From the NCBI GenBank assembly GCA_948976265.1, contig CARFUA010000002.1, forward strand, positions 89,491 through 153,490: a stretch of DNA of 64,000 nucleotides. The letters run 5' to 3'. Below the pieces are notes generated by a model that saw only the letters and a list, made by a program, of their open reading frames with translations, was not told the DNA's origin and made no database searches. Position 1 is the first letter of the stretch, and each line of letters begins with the position of its first letter. This document shows positions 51,574 through 62,206 of this stretch, piece after piece. The position numbers and the translations under genes were made by a program. The stretch comes from an uncultured Clostridia bacterium (GTDB lineage: Bacteria; Bacillota; Clostridia; TANB77; CAG-508).

Positions 51574-51709
51574 AAAAATACTCCCTCCTAGTACATCTTT
51601 CCTTAAATCGTATTCGTGAAGGACAGTTTTATGACTAAAAATTCTATTTTCGATAAAAAAACTGAAAAAGACTTTTGCTTAATTTAGGCAAAAATCTTTT
51701 TCTGGTAAG

Positions 51710-53945
51710 CTAATCCGCTAACTTCAATAATTTATACTTCAGTCCCGTATTCCTCTTCTTAATCTCATAATTCCCAATCATAAACTCAATCAAATTTTTA
51801 TTTCCTATAATAATCAAAAGTTTTCTCGCCCTCGTCATGCCTGTATACAATAAATTTCGCGTAAGTAACATGCTCGAAGCCTGTGGCACAACCAAAATGA
51901 CGACATCAAATTCACTTCCGTTGTGCTTTGTGAATTGTAATTGCGTAAGCATGTTCTAACTGGTCTAATTCGGAAAAGGCATACCATGCAACTTTGCCAT
52001 CATCAAATTCTACCTGTATATTTTTTTCCTCTGAATCAATTTTGGAAACAATCCCTAATTCTCCGTTAAAAACCCCACTTCCGTGGGTTGGTTTTAAAGT
52101 CTGTTTTATCATTCCTTTTTTCCCAATAAATATCATAATTATTTTTAATTTGCATCACACGGTCACCTTCGCGAAACTCAATATCGCCATAAGATTTTGC
52201 CCCGATTTCATCTGTTTTAGGATTTAAAATATCTTGCAAATTTTTATTTAATTCCTTCGTACCAAGTTTTCCTTTTTTCGTAGGCGTCAATATTTGAATA
52301 TTTTCTATAAAATCATAATTGCCATATTTCTTCAATCTGCCACTACTAAGGCTTGTTACTTGTGCCAAAATCTTGTCTTGGACTGATTCATTAATATAGA
52401 AAAAATCATCTTGCGCCTCTTCTCCATAATCTTTTTTTCCAATAAAATTAATTCCTTTATTCACATCATGCGAATTCACAATAATTTTACTTTTGGCAGC
52501 TTGCCTAAAAATTTTATCCAAATGAATCGTTGCAAAAGCTTCACTTTCAATCAAATCTTTCAAAATGCTCCCTGGTCCAACCGATGGAAGTTGGTTCACA
52601 TCGCCAACAAATACCAACTTTGTTCCTAAATATACTGCTTTTACAATATAATTCATCAAAAAAATATCCACCATAGACATTTCATCAATGACAAGAACAT
52701 CGCTATCAATTGGAGAAATGTCATTGTCAACGCTTCCGTAATTTGTCGTCTTCGATTTTTCCGATTTCAAGTAATCGATGAATGGTTTTAGCCTCTTCAC
52801 CAGTCGTTTCTGTCATTCGTTTGGCTGCTCGACCAGTTGGCGCACACAAAACAATTTTCTTTTTGTGACTTTTATAAATTTCAATTAAACATTTAATAAT
52901 CGTTGTTTTTCCCGTACCTGGTCCACCTGTAATAATCGATACATTATGATGATTCACCTGCGCAATCGCCTCAAACTGCTTTTCTGATAATTCCATTCCA
53001 ATCTTCTTCTCTTGCTTCTTAATTTCCTTCTCAAACTGTTTGATATATTTCGCATTTTCGCAATGGTCCAGCAAATCCAAGCGTTCACTAATATTTTTTT
53101 CCGCTTTATAAAATGGATACAAATAAATCCAATCCTCTTCTTCCCTTTTTTCAATGACAATTTCTTGCCCCACATTTAAAGCAATCAAATTATTCTCAAT
53201 ATTTTCTCTGCTCACTTCTAAAATTTGTTCCACATATTGAATTAAATTTTCCTGCAATACACAAGTATTTCCATTATAACTAGAAACTAAAAGGGCATAT
53301 TTAATGCCACTTTTAATGCGATAATCACTATCTCCAGCAATGCCGATTTGTATTGCAATTTTGTCAATTTTATTAAAATCAACACCATACACAATATCCA
53401 CCAAAATGTATGGATTTTCTGCGATTTTCGGAACAGCATCTTTGCCTAACGCATCATAGACTTTTTTGGCGTTGTTAGCACCAATGCCAAAGCCTTCTAA
53501 AAAACTTACAATCTGCCAAACTTCCCATTTTTCATTGAATTCCTCACTAATTTCAATCGCTCGCTCTTTGGTAATGCCTTTTACCTCAGCCAATCTTTCT
53601 GGTTCTGATTGAAAAACGCTTAATGTTTCATCTCCAAATTTGTCAATAATTCTTTTTGCCGTCGCTGGTCCAATCCCTTTTATCGTACCGACTTGCTAGA
53701 TATTTACCAAGCGATTCTGCGGTTTTGGGCATGATTTTTTCAAATGTATCAATTTTAAATTGTTCGCCATATTCTTGATGAACGACCATTTTCCCTTGCA
53801 ATTTCAAACAATCTCCGATTGCCACAAAGGGTAAATATCCAACCACTGTTATGATTTCTTTATCCAACGTCGAAAAAACAGCAATAGAATAATCATTTGC
53901 CTCATTTTGATAAATAAATTCTTCTATTTGACCTTCTAATTCCAT
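51710..53945 (-). CDS. recD2: RecD2-type SF1 DNA helicase; needs four +1 shifts (CGG at 53688, 52736, 52081, 51918)
   Basis: Five track ORFs join into one protein. Joins are ...LGKYLAS-[C]GTIKGIGPATAKRII, ...IEDDKL-[C]GSVDNDISPIDSDVLVIDEMSMVD, ...DFKTNP-[C]GSGVFNGELGIV, and ...AITIHKAQ-[C]GSEFDVVILV. Walker A is GGPGTGKTT. Confidence 0.85.
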
Positions 53946-54181
53946 GATTTATATCCATTATCCTCCAAAATATATTTTACAATCTCCTCTGTTTTTTTCT
54001 CACGATTATAACTAAAATCAAAAATCTCTAATTGCGGAAAAATATATTCAAAAGATTGTGTAATCGAATCCATCATCACATGTTGATAATAGCTCGTCTC
54101 TGCCAATTTTCTACAAATACTTTTCGTTTTTCCTGTTCTTGGAACGCCTGATATAATAATATGTTTCTTAATAGTATTCAT
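53936..54181 (-). CDS. short P-loop protein (81 aa), possibly a truncated AAA/kinase-like gene
   Basis: ATG 54181 follows AAGGAG. Walker A is GVPRTGKT. It overlaps the recD2 start by 10 nt. Confidence 0.45.
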   Translation of the reverse strand: MNTIKKHIIISGVPRTGKTKSICRKLAETSYYQHVMMDSITQSFEYIFPQLEIFDFSYNREKKTEEIVKYILEDNGYKSWN

Positions 54182-54254
54182 ACTTTTCTCCTTTTTTTCT
54201 TTATATATCATATCCTTGCGAATTAATCAATTCTTTTTCTTTTCAATTTTAAGC

Positions 54255-54480
54255 CACTTTTTTTAGTTTTTAATGATAAATGACTATTTTTTCAAAAAAA
54301 TGGAAATTTGGTATTTTTCTGAATTTTTTAGAGGTATAAAAAAGCATACTATCAGAAAAATCATTTTGGGTGATAACGTACTAAATCGCCGTAGAGGCTT
54401 TATTTTCGTTTTGGTATACATAATATATAGTTTGTGCTAAAAAAACTCTTAAAATAATTTTTAGGCATTTTTAAAACAAT
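54255..54480 (-). repeat. dispersed intergenic repeat, copy 3 of 3 (inverted relative to copies 1-2)
   Basis: Blocks GATAAATGACT, GGTATTTTTCTGAATTTTTTAGAGGTATAAAAA, GTAGAGGCT, ATACATAATATA and ATAATTTTTAGGCATTTTTAAAAC match the reverse complement of copies 1 and 2. Confidence 0.65.
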
Positions 54481-54535
54481 TTGCAATAAAAAAACTGGCA
54501 AATGAGCCAGTAAAAATAAATGAGTTTTAAAATAC

Positions 54536-55444
54536 TTAATTCATCGTAACTCCACCAATAATTTCATTAATATCTTCTACTTTATTTTCTTTCATATACT
54601 CTTCAATTTGTTCAATCACATTCAAACTCGTTGCTGGGTCAATGAAATTTCCGCAACCAATGGAAACGCATTTAGCACCTGCTAGCATATATTCAACCGC
54701 ATCTTCGCCAGTCACAATGCCACCTAACCCTATCACAGGAATTTTTATTTTTTGGGCAATTTGATAAACCATTCTCACACCAATTGGCTTAATTGCTGGA
54801 CCAGAAAGTCCTCCTGTGTTGTTTGCTAAAATTGGTTTGCGTCTTTTTACATCAATTTTCATAGCTAATACCGTGTTAATAGCTGAAACAGCATCAGCTC
54901 CTGCATCTTCTGCTCCTTTGGCTGGAAGCGTTATATCTGTAACATTTGGCGTTAATTTTACAATTAGTGGCTTATCTAAAACTTTTCTGACTGCACTTGT
55001 TGCTTCTTTTACACCTTCATAAGAAACCCCAAAAGCCATACATCCAGCATGTACATTGGGACAAGATAAATTTAGCTCTACAGCATCAATATCTAATTTG
55101 TTTGCAAATCTACACACTTCAACATATTCATCTAAGGAACTAGCGCCTACATTCAAAATAATCGGCGTTCCAAATTGCTTTAGCCAAGGCAAATCTTCTT
55201 CTGCAAAATGCTCAATTCCCGGATTTTCCAAACCAATCGCGTTCATCATTCCACTCGCTGTTTCGCAAACACGTGGCGATTTGTTACCAGCACGTGGCTT
55301 TAAAAAAGTTCCTTTTGTGATAATTGCTCCTAGCTTACTCAAATCAATATATTCTGCCATTTCGCGTCCATAACCAAATGTTCCAGAAGCAACTGTTACA
55401 GGATTTTTCATTTGAATTCCAGCAAAATTAATTTCTGTTTTCAT
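54536..55444 (-). CDS. pyrD: dihydroorotate dehydrogenase B, catalytic subunit
   Basis: 302 aa with NPVTVASGTFGYG, LNLSCPN and GGLSGPAIKP motifs. Confidence 0.93.
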   Translation of the reverse strand: MKTEINFAGIQMKNPVTVASGTFGYGREMAEYIDLSKLGAIITKGTFLKPRAGNKSPRVCETASGMMNAIGLENPGIEHFAEEDLPWLKQFGTPIILNVGASSLDEYVEVCRFANKLDIDAVELNLSCPNVHAGCMAFGVSYEGVKEATSAVRKVLDKPLIVKLTPNVTDITLPAKGAEDAGADAVSAINTVLAMKIDVKRRKPILANNTGGLSGPAIKPIGVRMVYQIAQKIKIPVIGLGGIVTGEDAVEYMLAGAKCVSIGCGNFIDPATSLNVIEQIEEYMKENKVEDINEIIGGVTMN

Positions 55445-55519
55445 TCTTTTTCTTCCTTTCTATTTTATAAAATTTTCACCTTTACACAACAAACGGACGA
55501 TTTTCCATCGTCCCTATTA

Positions 55520-56296
55520 TTAAAATTCTACATCATTTACATCAAACACTGGTCCATCTTTGCAGACATGTTTGTATCCTTCGGCATGTTTATCTTTTAC
55601 AGCACAGCCTAAACAAATTCCAATTCCGCATCCCATTCTTTCTTCTAACGAAACTTGCGCAGGAATATTCATTTCATTGGCAAAATCTCTGACTGCTTTT
55701 AGCATAGGAAGTGGTCCACATGCATAGATACAATCTGGCTTTTGTTTTTCACAATCTGCTTTCAAATAATTGATAGCAAATCCACTTTTTTGATAGCTTC
55801 CATCATCTGTCGTAATCACAAGTTGGTTTGAAACCTTAGAAAATTCGTCTTCTAGTACAACAAAATCTTTATTTCGAAATCCTAAGTAAGTTGTTATATT
55901 GGCATTTTGGCTTGCTTGTCTTGCCAATTCGTATAGTGGAAAAATACCGATTCCACCACCAATAATACTAATATTTTTATAATTTTCAAATTGGAAATTT
56001 CCTTTTCCAAGTGGTCCGATAATACTGATTTTATCATTCACTTCTTTGTTTGCTAGAATCTCCGTTCCTTTTCCTTTTACTTGGAAAATGAATTCTAGCT
56101 CATTTTTTTCTTTGTTAATTTTATGAATACTGATTGGTCTTCTTAGGAAAGGTTCGATATCATTATTTACTCGTATTTCTAGAAATTGTCCTGGTAACGC
56201 TTCGTTTGACATTTTTTCGGATTGAATCGTAAATTTAAAAATATCGTTTTTCAGCTGTTCTTTTGTTACAATTTTGACTTGTTCTACTACTGACAT
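55520..56296 (-). CDS. pyrK: dihydroorotate dehydrogenase B, electron-transfer (FAD/2Fe-2S) subunit
   Basis: Start ATG 56296 follows AAGGAGG. Contains RRPISI and a C-terminal CG.G.C.GC cluster. Confidence 0.9.
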   Translation of the reverse strand: MSVVEQVKIVTKEQLKNDIFKFTIQSEKMSNEALPGQFLEIRVNNDIEPFLRRPISIHKINKEKNELEFIFQVKGKGTEILANKEVNDKISIIGPLGKGNFQFENYKNISIIGGGIGIFPLYELARQASQNANITTYLGFRNKDFVVLEDEFSKVSNQLVITTDDGSYQKSGFAINYLKADCEKQKPDCIYACGPLPMLKAVRDFANEMNIPAQVSLEERMGCGIGICLGCAVKDKHAEGYKHVCKDGPVFDVNDVEF

Positions 56297-56377
56297 AATT
56301 TCCTCCTTCATATATTTTGTCTATTATAATATATTTGCGCAAAATAATCAAGAAAAATAGCAAATTTTGTAAAATTT

Positions 56378-57100
56378 CTAGTTTTCAGTCTCTAAAAGCT
56401 GTATTGCTTCTGCATAAGTATTTATTTCGTAATCTGCTAGTTGATGGATTCGGTCTCGTTCGCCGTCTGAATATTGGTCATACATCGCAACACATTCTAT
56501 TCCTGCATTTTTAGCTGCTTCTACGCCAACTAAAGCATCTTCAAAAATCAGGCATTCTTCTTTTGGAACCTTCATCTTTTCGACTATTTTCAAAAAAATT
56601 TCTGGATTTGGTTTCATTTCTTTGACATCTTCTTTTAGTAAAATGAGTGAAAAATATTCATCGATTTTCGCTTTATTTAAAATATGTTGATTTTGCATGC
56701 GATAAATGTCCATATGTGGTTTTCTAGTGGCACTGGCAATGGCTAAAATATAATTTTTTTCCTTTAATTTTTTTATGAGCTTTTCTGCATCTGGTTTATA
56801 ATCAATTTCATTTTTCAAATAATTTTCTGCAATTTCATAACGCAATTTTAAAATTTCTTCTGATGCTAAATTGGCATGATATTTTTCTCCCAATGTTTTG
56901 CAATATTCAATATAAGGATTTTCTGCTTTGCTATAAGTTCGAAGCAACACATCTCTTTGCTTTTGAATTTCTTTTTCTTCTAAACTTTCTGTACATCCCA
57001 ATTTAGCTATCAATTCTTGATCCACTTGATTCCAAATTCCAACTGAATCAATCAAAGTTCCATCCATATCAAAAATAATTACTTTTTTTCCTGTGAACAT
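56378..57100 (-). CDS. HAD-family hydrolase
   Basis: IIFDMDGTLIDS motif I and ...FEDALVGVEAAKNAGI motif IV. Confidence 0.75.
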   Translation of the reverse strand: MFTGKKVIIFDMDGTLIDSVGIWNQVDQELIAKLGCTESLEEKEIQKQRDVLLRTYSKAENPYIEYCKTLGEKYHANLASEEILKLRYEIAENYLKNEIDYKPDAEKLIKKLKEKNYILAIASATRKPHMDIYRMQNQHILNKAKIDEYFSLILLKEDVKEMKPNPEIFLKIVEKMKVPKEECLIFEDALVGVEAAKNAGIECVAMYDQYSDGERDRIHQLADYEINTYAEAIQLLETEN

Positions 57101-57219
57101 GTTTTTCTCTCCTTATTTAAAATATCATATCGAATCCTTATTCTTTAATTGGATATTATCACAAAACCAATTCATTATCAACACCCAAACAAAAATTTAA
57201 GAGTAGGAAAATCCCACTC

Positions 57220-58008
57220 TTAATTCTCTACTTTAATATCGCCACAATCATTTTTTATCTTCAATGTCACTTCACTATGACGATTATTTTGATTCACTTT
57301 TACATCTCCCAAACTCGTTTTTGCATCAACAAAAATTTCATTTGTTTCTCCAATTTTGATATCACCAAGATTGTTTTCAATAGAAGAATCTTCCATAATT
57401 GTTAAAGAACCTATTTTCACATCTCCACAATCCGATGTCACCTCAACCTTATTTCCAACCGATTCTATTTTAATATTTCCATAATGATTTTTCACAAAAG
57501 CATTTTTCACTTTCCCAAAAGTCACATCTCCGCAATCTTCTTCTATTCGAATCGTCCCATTTTCTAAATCAATTCCTTTAATATCTCCATAATTGGCTTT
57601 TACATTAATTTCCTTTGCATACTCTTTTGGCAAATAAACAATCATATCATTCATATAAAAATTCATGCCAAACCACCTTTTATTTTTATACTGAGAATAA
57701 TCTACTCTTAATTTTTGATTCTCAAAATCCACTTTCAACTCTTCTGCATCTTCACCATAAACCAATACTTTAATCTTTCCATCCAGACTTTCCTCAAATT
57801 TAATGTCTCCTGCTGTTGACAAAATTTCCAAATTTTCAACTGCCTCCAACTCATAACTTTCCTCAAAAATCACACTACTACTTTTGTTAACCGACCAATT
57901 CTTAAATCCAATACTACCACTTAAATAGAAATACAGAAAAAGCATCAACAAAATAATGATAATTATTAATAAAACAATCAACGTAATAATCAATCCTCTA
58001 TTTTTCAT
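57220..58008 (-). CDS. DUF4097-family beta-repeat protein with N-terminal TM anchor
   Basis: Repeated GD(I/V)K(I/V) beta-strand units. It overlaps the upstream XRE gene by 11 nt. Confidence 0.65.
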   Translation of the reverse strand: MKNRGLIITLIVLLIIIIILLMLFLYFYLSGSIGFKNWSVNKSSSVIFEESYELEAVENLEILSTAGDIKFEESLDGKIKVLVYGEDAEELKVDFENQKLRVDYSQYKNKRWFGMNFYMNDMIVYLPKEYAKEINVKANYGDIKGIDLENGTIRIEEDCGDVTFGKVKNAFVKNHYGNIKIESVGNKVEVTSDCGDVKIGSLTIMEDSSIENNLGDIKIGETNEIFVDAKTSLGDVKVNQNNRHSEVTLKIKNDCGDIKVEN

Positions 58009-58654
58009 CTTTCTCCTCCTTTAACATAAAGAATAACTTCACAACCTGACACAATAATCCATTAATAATAAAAATAACCCAAGTAATATGCCAAGCCATT
58101 GTGATAAAACTTACGATAAAATAAACAGCAACACAAATCGCATCAATAATTCCTTCAATGGATTTCACAATCTCTGTTTCTTGTTTTTCTTTCTCTGTTT
58201 CTTGAAATTTCGGAATTGACATATAATGTTTAATAATTTTAGCAGTTGCCCATCCAATCATACACAAAAATAATGCTGTCACAACTATTGGATTCATTTT
58301 TAAAACTGGAATTGCTACAATCAAAAGTGCTACTGCTGCTATATAAATAAAAACTGCTGTACTCACAACTTCTGCCGATTTCCTTCGTATCTCTTGTTTA
58401 GTTGGAATTTTCTCTGGTTCTTCTTTTTTAACCGATTCACAGTCCTTTTCCTCCGCTTTCTTTCCTGTCAGCAATTCCTCTGTGCTAATACCAAATAACT
58501 CGCACAAAGGAAGTATTTTATCAAAATCTGGTGTACTTTGATTCGTTTCCCATTTAGAAACCGTTTGTCTTGTTACATTTAATTTTTCTGCTACCTCCTC
58601 TTGCGATAAATTTTTTTCTTTTCTTAATTCATATAATTTTTCTCCAAAATTCAC
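57998..58654 (-). CDS. XRE-family HTH regulator fused to a multi-TM membrane domain
   Basis: N-terminus FGEKLYELRKEKNLSQEEVAEKLNVTRQTVSKWE is followed by 4 TM segments. Confidence 0.8.
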   Translation of the reverse strand: MNFGEKLYELRKEKNLSQEEVAEKLNVTRQTVSKWETNQSTPDFDKILPLCELFGISTEELLTGKKAEEKDCESVKKEEPEKIPTKQEIRRKSAEVVSTAVFIYIAAVALLIVAIPVLKMNPIVVTALFLCMIGWATAKIIKHYMSIPKFQETEKEKQETEIVKSIEGIIDAICVAVYFIVSFITMAWHITWVIFIINGLLCQVVKLFFMLKEEKDEK

Positions 58655-58950
58655 TTAAAAATCACCCTCCTAACTTAATCAAATTATACCATTTTTTACA
58701 AGTTGCATCTACCAATTTGAGTTGGAAATTTGTCAACTGAAATTAACATTCCGCTTTTTTCAAGGCTTTCGTGTCTTATTTTTAGACATGAAAGAAAGAG
58801 AACTTTCACATAATATTTATGTAAGTTCTCTTTTTAATTCTACTATGGTTATCTATTACGATTGTCCAAATCTGGTTGATAACTATCTCGACTTTGATTC
58901 ATCCTTTTGACAACCTCATTATGATAAATCGCCATTTTCTCTCCTTTATC

Positions 58951-59721
58951 CTAGATTCCCATAATATTATATCCACTATCTGCATAAATAATTTGCCCTG
59001 TAATTGCTCCTGACATCGAACTTAGTAAAAAGGCAACACTATCACCAACTTGCTCTTTTGTCACATTTCTTCTAAGTGGTGCTTTTTCTTCTACGACATT
59101 CAAAATCGAACCAAAATCCTTAATTCCTTTGGCAGACAACGTTTTGATTGGTCCTGCTGAAACAGCATTAACACGCATTCCCATTGGTCCAAAATTATCA
59201 GCTAAATAACGTACACTACATTCTAAAGCAGCTTTCGCAACACCCATTACATTATAATTTGGAAGCACTTTTGTAGAACCATGATATGTCAAACTTACCA
59301 AACTTGCCTCCTCTGCCAAAACGTCTTTCTCTTTTGCAATTCTAGCAGTTGCCACAAATGTATAAGCACTTACATCTACAGCATGCGAATAGCCTTCTTT
59401 ACTTGTTTCTACAAATGGATTATGTAAGTCATCTGTAAAAGCATGTGCGATACAATGCACAATTCCGTCAATTTTTCCAAAATCTTTTTTTATATTTTCA
59501 AATAAAGTTTCTAATTCGGTATCGATTGACGCGTCACATGTGTAAGCTTTTGGTTCGCCAAATTCAGAAATTAATTCTTCAATTTTTTCTCTATTTTCTT
59601 CTCCCATAAAAGTAAAAATTACTTTTGCACCTTGGTCGAAAGCAGACTTTGCCGCTCCATACGCAATACTCCATTTGTTTCTAATTCCCATAATTAGAAT
59701 TGTTTTGTCCTTTAAAATCAT
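58951..59721 (-). CDS. fabI: enoyl-ACP reductase FabI
   Basis: 256 aa SDR with the ...YNVMGVAKAALE... Tyr/Lys pair and GPIKTLSA. Confidence 0.9.
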   Translation of the reverse strand: MILKDKTILIMGIRNKWSIAYGAAKSAFDQGAKVIFTFMGEENREKIEELISEFGEPKAYTCDASIDTELETLFENIKKDFGKIDGIVHCIAHAFTDDLHNPFVETSKEGYSHAVDVSAYTFVATARIAKEKDVLAEEASLVSLTYHGSTKVLPNYNVMGVAKAALECSVRYLADNFGPMGMRVNAVSAGPIKTLSAKGIKDFGSILNVVEEKAPLRRNVTKEQVGDSVAFLLSSMSGAITGQIIYADSGYNIMGI

Positions 59722-59743
59722 TTTAAAATCCTCCTAAAAATTT

Positions 59744-60703
59744 TTATTTTATATATTCACCCATAGCACGGAACTTATGATATCTCTCATCCACTAAGTC
59801 CTCCACAGATAACTTTTTCAATCTCTTAGTACTAGAAACAATCGCCTTTTTTAAACTTTCAGCCACTATTTCTACATCATTTTGTGCACCGCCAATTGGT
59901 TCTTCGATAATTTTATCAATTACTTTAAATTTTTTCAAGTCTCCTGCTGTCATTTTCATTTTTTCGGCAGCCTCTTTGACTCTGGTTCCGTCTTTCCATA
60001 AAATACTGGAAAATCCTTCTGGCGAAAGTACTGAATACACTGCATTTTCCAACATCAAAATTTCATCTCCCACACCAATTGCAAGTGCTCCACCACTCGA
60101 ACCTTCTCCAATAACAATACAAATAATCGGTGTTTTTAAATTAGCCATTTCCATCATGCTTTTCGCAATTGCTTCACCTTGCCCACGCTCTTCCGCGCCA
60201 ATACCAGGATAGGCACCTTTTGTATCAATAAAAGTCACAATTGGTCTCCCAAATTTCTCAGCTTGTTTCATCAAACGAATCGCTTTTCGATAACTCTCTG
60301 GATTTGGCATACCAAAATTACGCTTAATATTTTCTTTCGTATTTCGCCCCTTTTGTTCAGCGATAACTGTAAAATTCTGTTTTCCAATCCTTCCTAAACC
60401 GCAAACCATTGCTTCATCATCGCGATAAACACGGTCACCATGAAGTTCCATAAATTCGTCAAAAATAATATCCATATAATCAAGTGCTGTGGGACGTTTT
60501 GGATTTCGTGCGATTTCTAATCTTTGCCAAGCAGTCAATTTGCTGTTTTCTTTACGCGCCAATTTTTGCAACTTTGCCGTTGCCTCTTTTAATTCGCTTG
60601 AAACATCAATCATTTTGTCTTGACTAATATTTTTCAACTCTTTTACCATATTTTCTAATTCTTCAATTTCCGTCAATTCCTTACTTTTCGGCAAAATGTT
60701 CAC
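59744..60703 (-). CDS. accA: acetyl-CoA carboxylase carboxyltransferase alpha subunit
   Basis: 319 aa with FIDTKGAYPGIGAEERGQGEAIA. Confidence 0.93.
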   Translation of the reverse strand: MNILPKSKELTEIEELENMVKELKNISQDKMIDVSSELKEATAKLQKLARKENSKLTAWQRLEIARNPKRPTALDYMDIIFDEFMELHGDRVYRDDEAMVCGLGRIGKQNFTVIAEQKGRNTKENIKRNFGMPNPESYRKAIRLMKQAEKFGRPIVTFIDTKGAYPGIGAEERGQGEAIAKSMMEMANLKTPIICIVIGEGSSGGALAIGVGDEILMLENAVYSVLSPEGFSSILWKDGTRVKEAAEKMKMTAGDLKKFKVIDKIIEEPIGGAQNDVEIVAESLKKAIVSSTKRLKKLSVEDLVDERYHKFRAMGEYIK

Positions 60704-61346
60704 CTCCTCTTTTTTTGTTATGTACGATTGTTAATAAATCTTCTATCCCCTCTAATTTATAATCACATTCTGCGACTTCTCCAAATCCATAAGCCGCATA
60801 CACAAATGGAATCTCTGCAAAATCGGCAGCAGTTTTATCGCCTATGGTATCTCCCACATAAATCGGATTTTTTAAAGCATTTCTTTGCATGACTAATTTT
60901 ATATTTTCGCCTTTGCTTACCCCTGTTTTCCCATGACTTTCATAATCGCAAAAATATTCCTCCAAATGACTAGTTTTCAAAAAAGCCTGCATATAATCTT
61001 CCATACAATTGCTTACAATTAACAACTTAAAATCTTCTGATAACTTTTTTAGTGTCTCTTCTACTTTAGAATATAAAATACCACCTTTTTCTGATAAAGC
61101 TTTTGCATTATTAGTAAAAGCTTCTCTTGCATATTGTCTCGCTTTTTCCATGCCTAAATAACCATAATACTTTTTAGCATTTTCCTCAAATGGAGAGCCC
61201 ATTTGAGCCTTTACCATTTCTGCAGATATGTCATATAAAATATCTTTATGTTTCTTTTTCATGTTATTCAAAGCATCTACACAATTCTCAATCGTACTCC
61301 ACAAAGTGCCATCCAAATCAAAAATAATGCTATCTATTTCTTTCAT
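60681..61346 (-). CDS. HAD-family phosphatase inserted between accD and accA
   Basis: IIFDLDGTLW motif I and GDTIGDKTAADFAEIPF motif IV. Its 3' end overlaps the accA start by 23 nt. Confidence 0.75.
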   Translation of the reverse strand: MKEIDSIIFDLDGTLWSTIENCVDALNNMKKKHKDILYDISAEMVKAQMGSPFEENAKKYYGYLGMEKARQYAREAFTNNAKALSEKGGILYSKVEETLKKLSEDFKLLIVSNCMEDYMQAFLKTSHLEEYFCDYESHGKTGVSKGENIKLVMQRNALKNPIYVGDTIGDKTAADFAEIPFVYAAYGFGEVAECDYKLEGIEDLLTIVHNKKRGGEHFAEK

Positions 61347-61355
61347 CTCATTCTC

Positions 61356-62195
61356 CTACTTATGAAACTTAATAATGCGATAAAGTGTCTCCTTCATATC
61401 TTTTCTCTCCACAATTTTATCCACAAATCCATGCTCCAACAAAAATTCTGCTGTCTGAAATCCTTCTGGCAAATCTTCACCAATCGTTTGTTTAATCACT
61501 CGTTTTCCTGCAAAACCAATCATCGCATTTGGCTCTGCCAAAATAATATCTCCCAAAGAAGCAAAACTTGCTGTCACACCACCATAAGTTGGGTCAGTCA
61601 ATACCGAAATAAACAATCCTCCTGCTTCATTCAATTTAGCAATCGCTGCAGATGTTTTCGCCATTTGCATCAGTGAAATAATTCCTTCTTGCATTCTCGC
61701 TCCACCAGAAACCGAAAAAATAATCAATGGCACCTTTAATTCGATTGCCTTTTCAATAGAATACGTAATTTTTTCACCAACGACACTTCCCATGCTTCCC
61801 ATCAGAAAATTTCCATCCATCACGCAAATGACAACCTCTTCTTGATTGATTTTTCCCGTTCCACAAACCACAGCATCATCAATCTCTAGCACGGTTTGAA
61901 GATGTTTTAATTTTTCAGCATAGTCTTCCATTTCCAATGGATTGACGGTTTTTAAATTCAAATCAAAAGCCTGAAATGAATTCTCATCCAGCGTTTGCCA
62001 AATTCTACGTCTGCTTGACAAACGAAAATGATGTCCACAATTCATACACACACTGTAATTTTCTCGCACATCTTCTCGATATAATATCTCGCCACATTTT
62101 TCGCATTTTAGCCATTTTCCAACTGGAATATCTCCTTTATTTTCTGGTTGACGTATATTTTTATTTCCTCTTTTCTTGATTTTATCGATAACCAT
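61356..62195 (-). CDS. accD: acetyl-CoA carboxylase carboxyltransferase beta subunit
   Basis: N-terminal Zn ribbon CEKCGEILY...CMNCGHH, and GGARMQEG. Confidence 0.93.
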   Translation of the reverse strand: MVIDKIKKRGNKNIRQPENKGDIPVGKWLKCEKCGEILYREDVRENYSVCMNCGHHFRLSSRRRIWQTLDENSFQAFDLNLKTVNPLEMEDYAEKLKHLQTVLEIDDAVVCGTGKINQEEVVICVMDGNFLMGSMGSVVGEKITYSIEKAIELKVPLIIFSVSGGARMQEGIISLMQMAKTSAAIAKLNEAGGLFISVLTDPTYGGVTASFASLGDIILAEPNAMIGFAGKRVIKQTIGEDLPEGFQTAEFLLEHGFVDKIVERKDMKETLYRIIKFHK

Positions 62196-62206
62196 TTTTT
62201 ACTCCC

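Noticed and set aside
52095-52125. An A6 run (GGGAAAAAAGGA) as the cause of the third recD2 break
   Set aside because: Both frames are open across this stretch, so the position of the shift is ambiguous. The CGG at 52081-52083 lies in the same window and matches the other 16 sites, giving KTNP-GSGVFNGELG.
54300-54440. 46-codon ORF (MEIWYFSEFFRGIKK...) inside repeat copy 3
   Set aside because: The equivalent frame is broken by stops and non-triplet indels in copies 1 and 2. The repeat therefore does not appear to be protein-coding.
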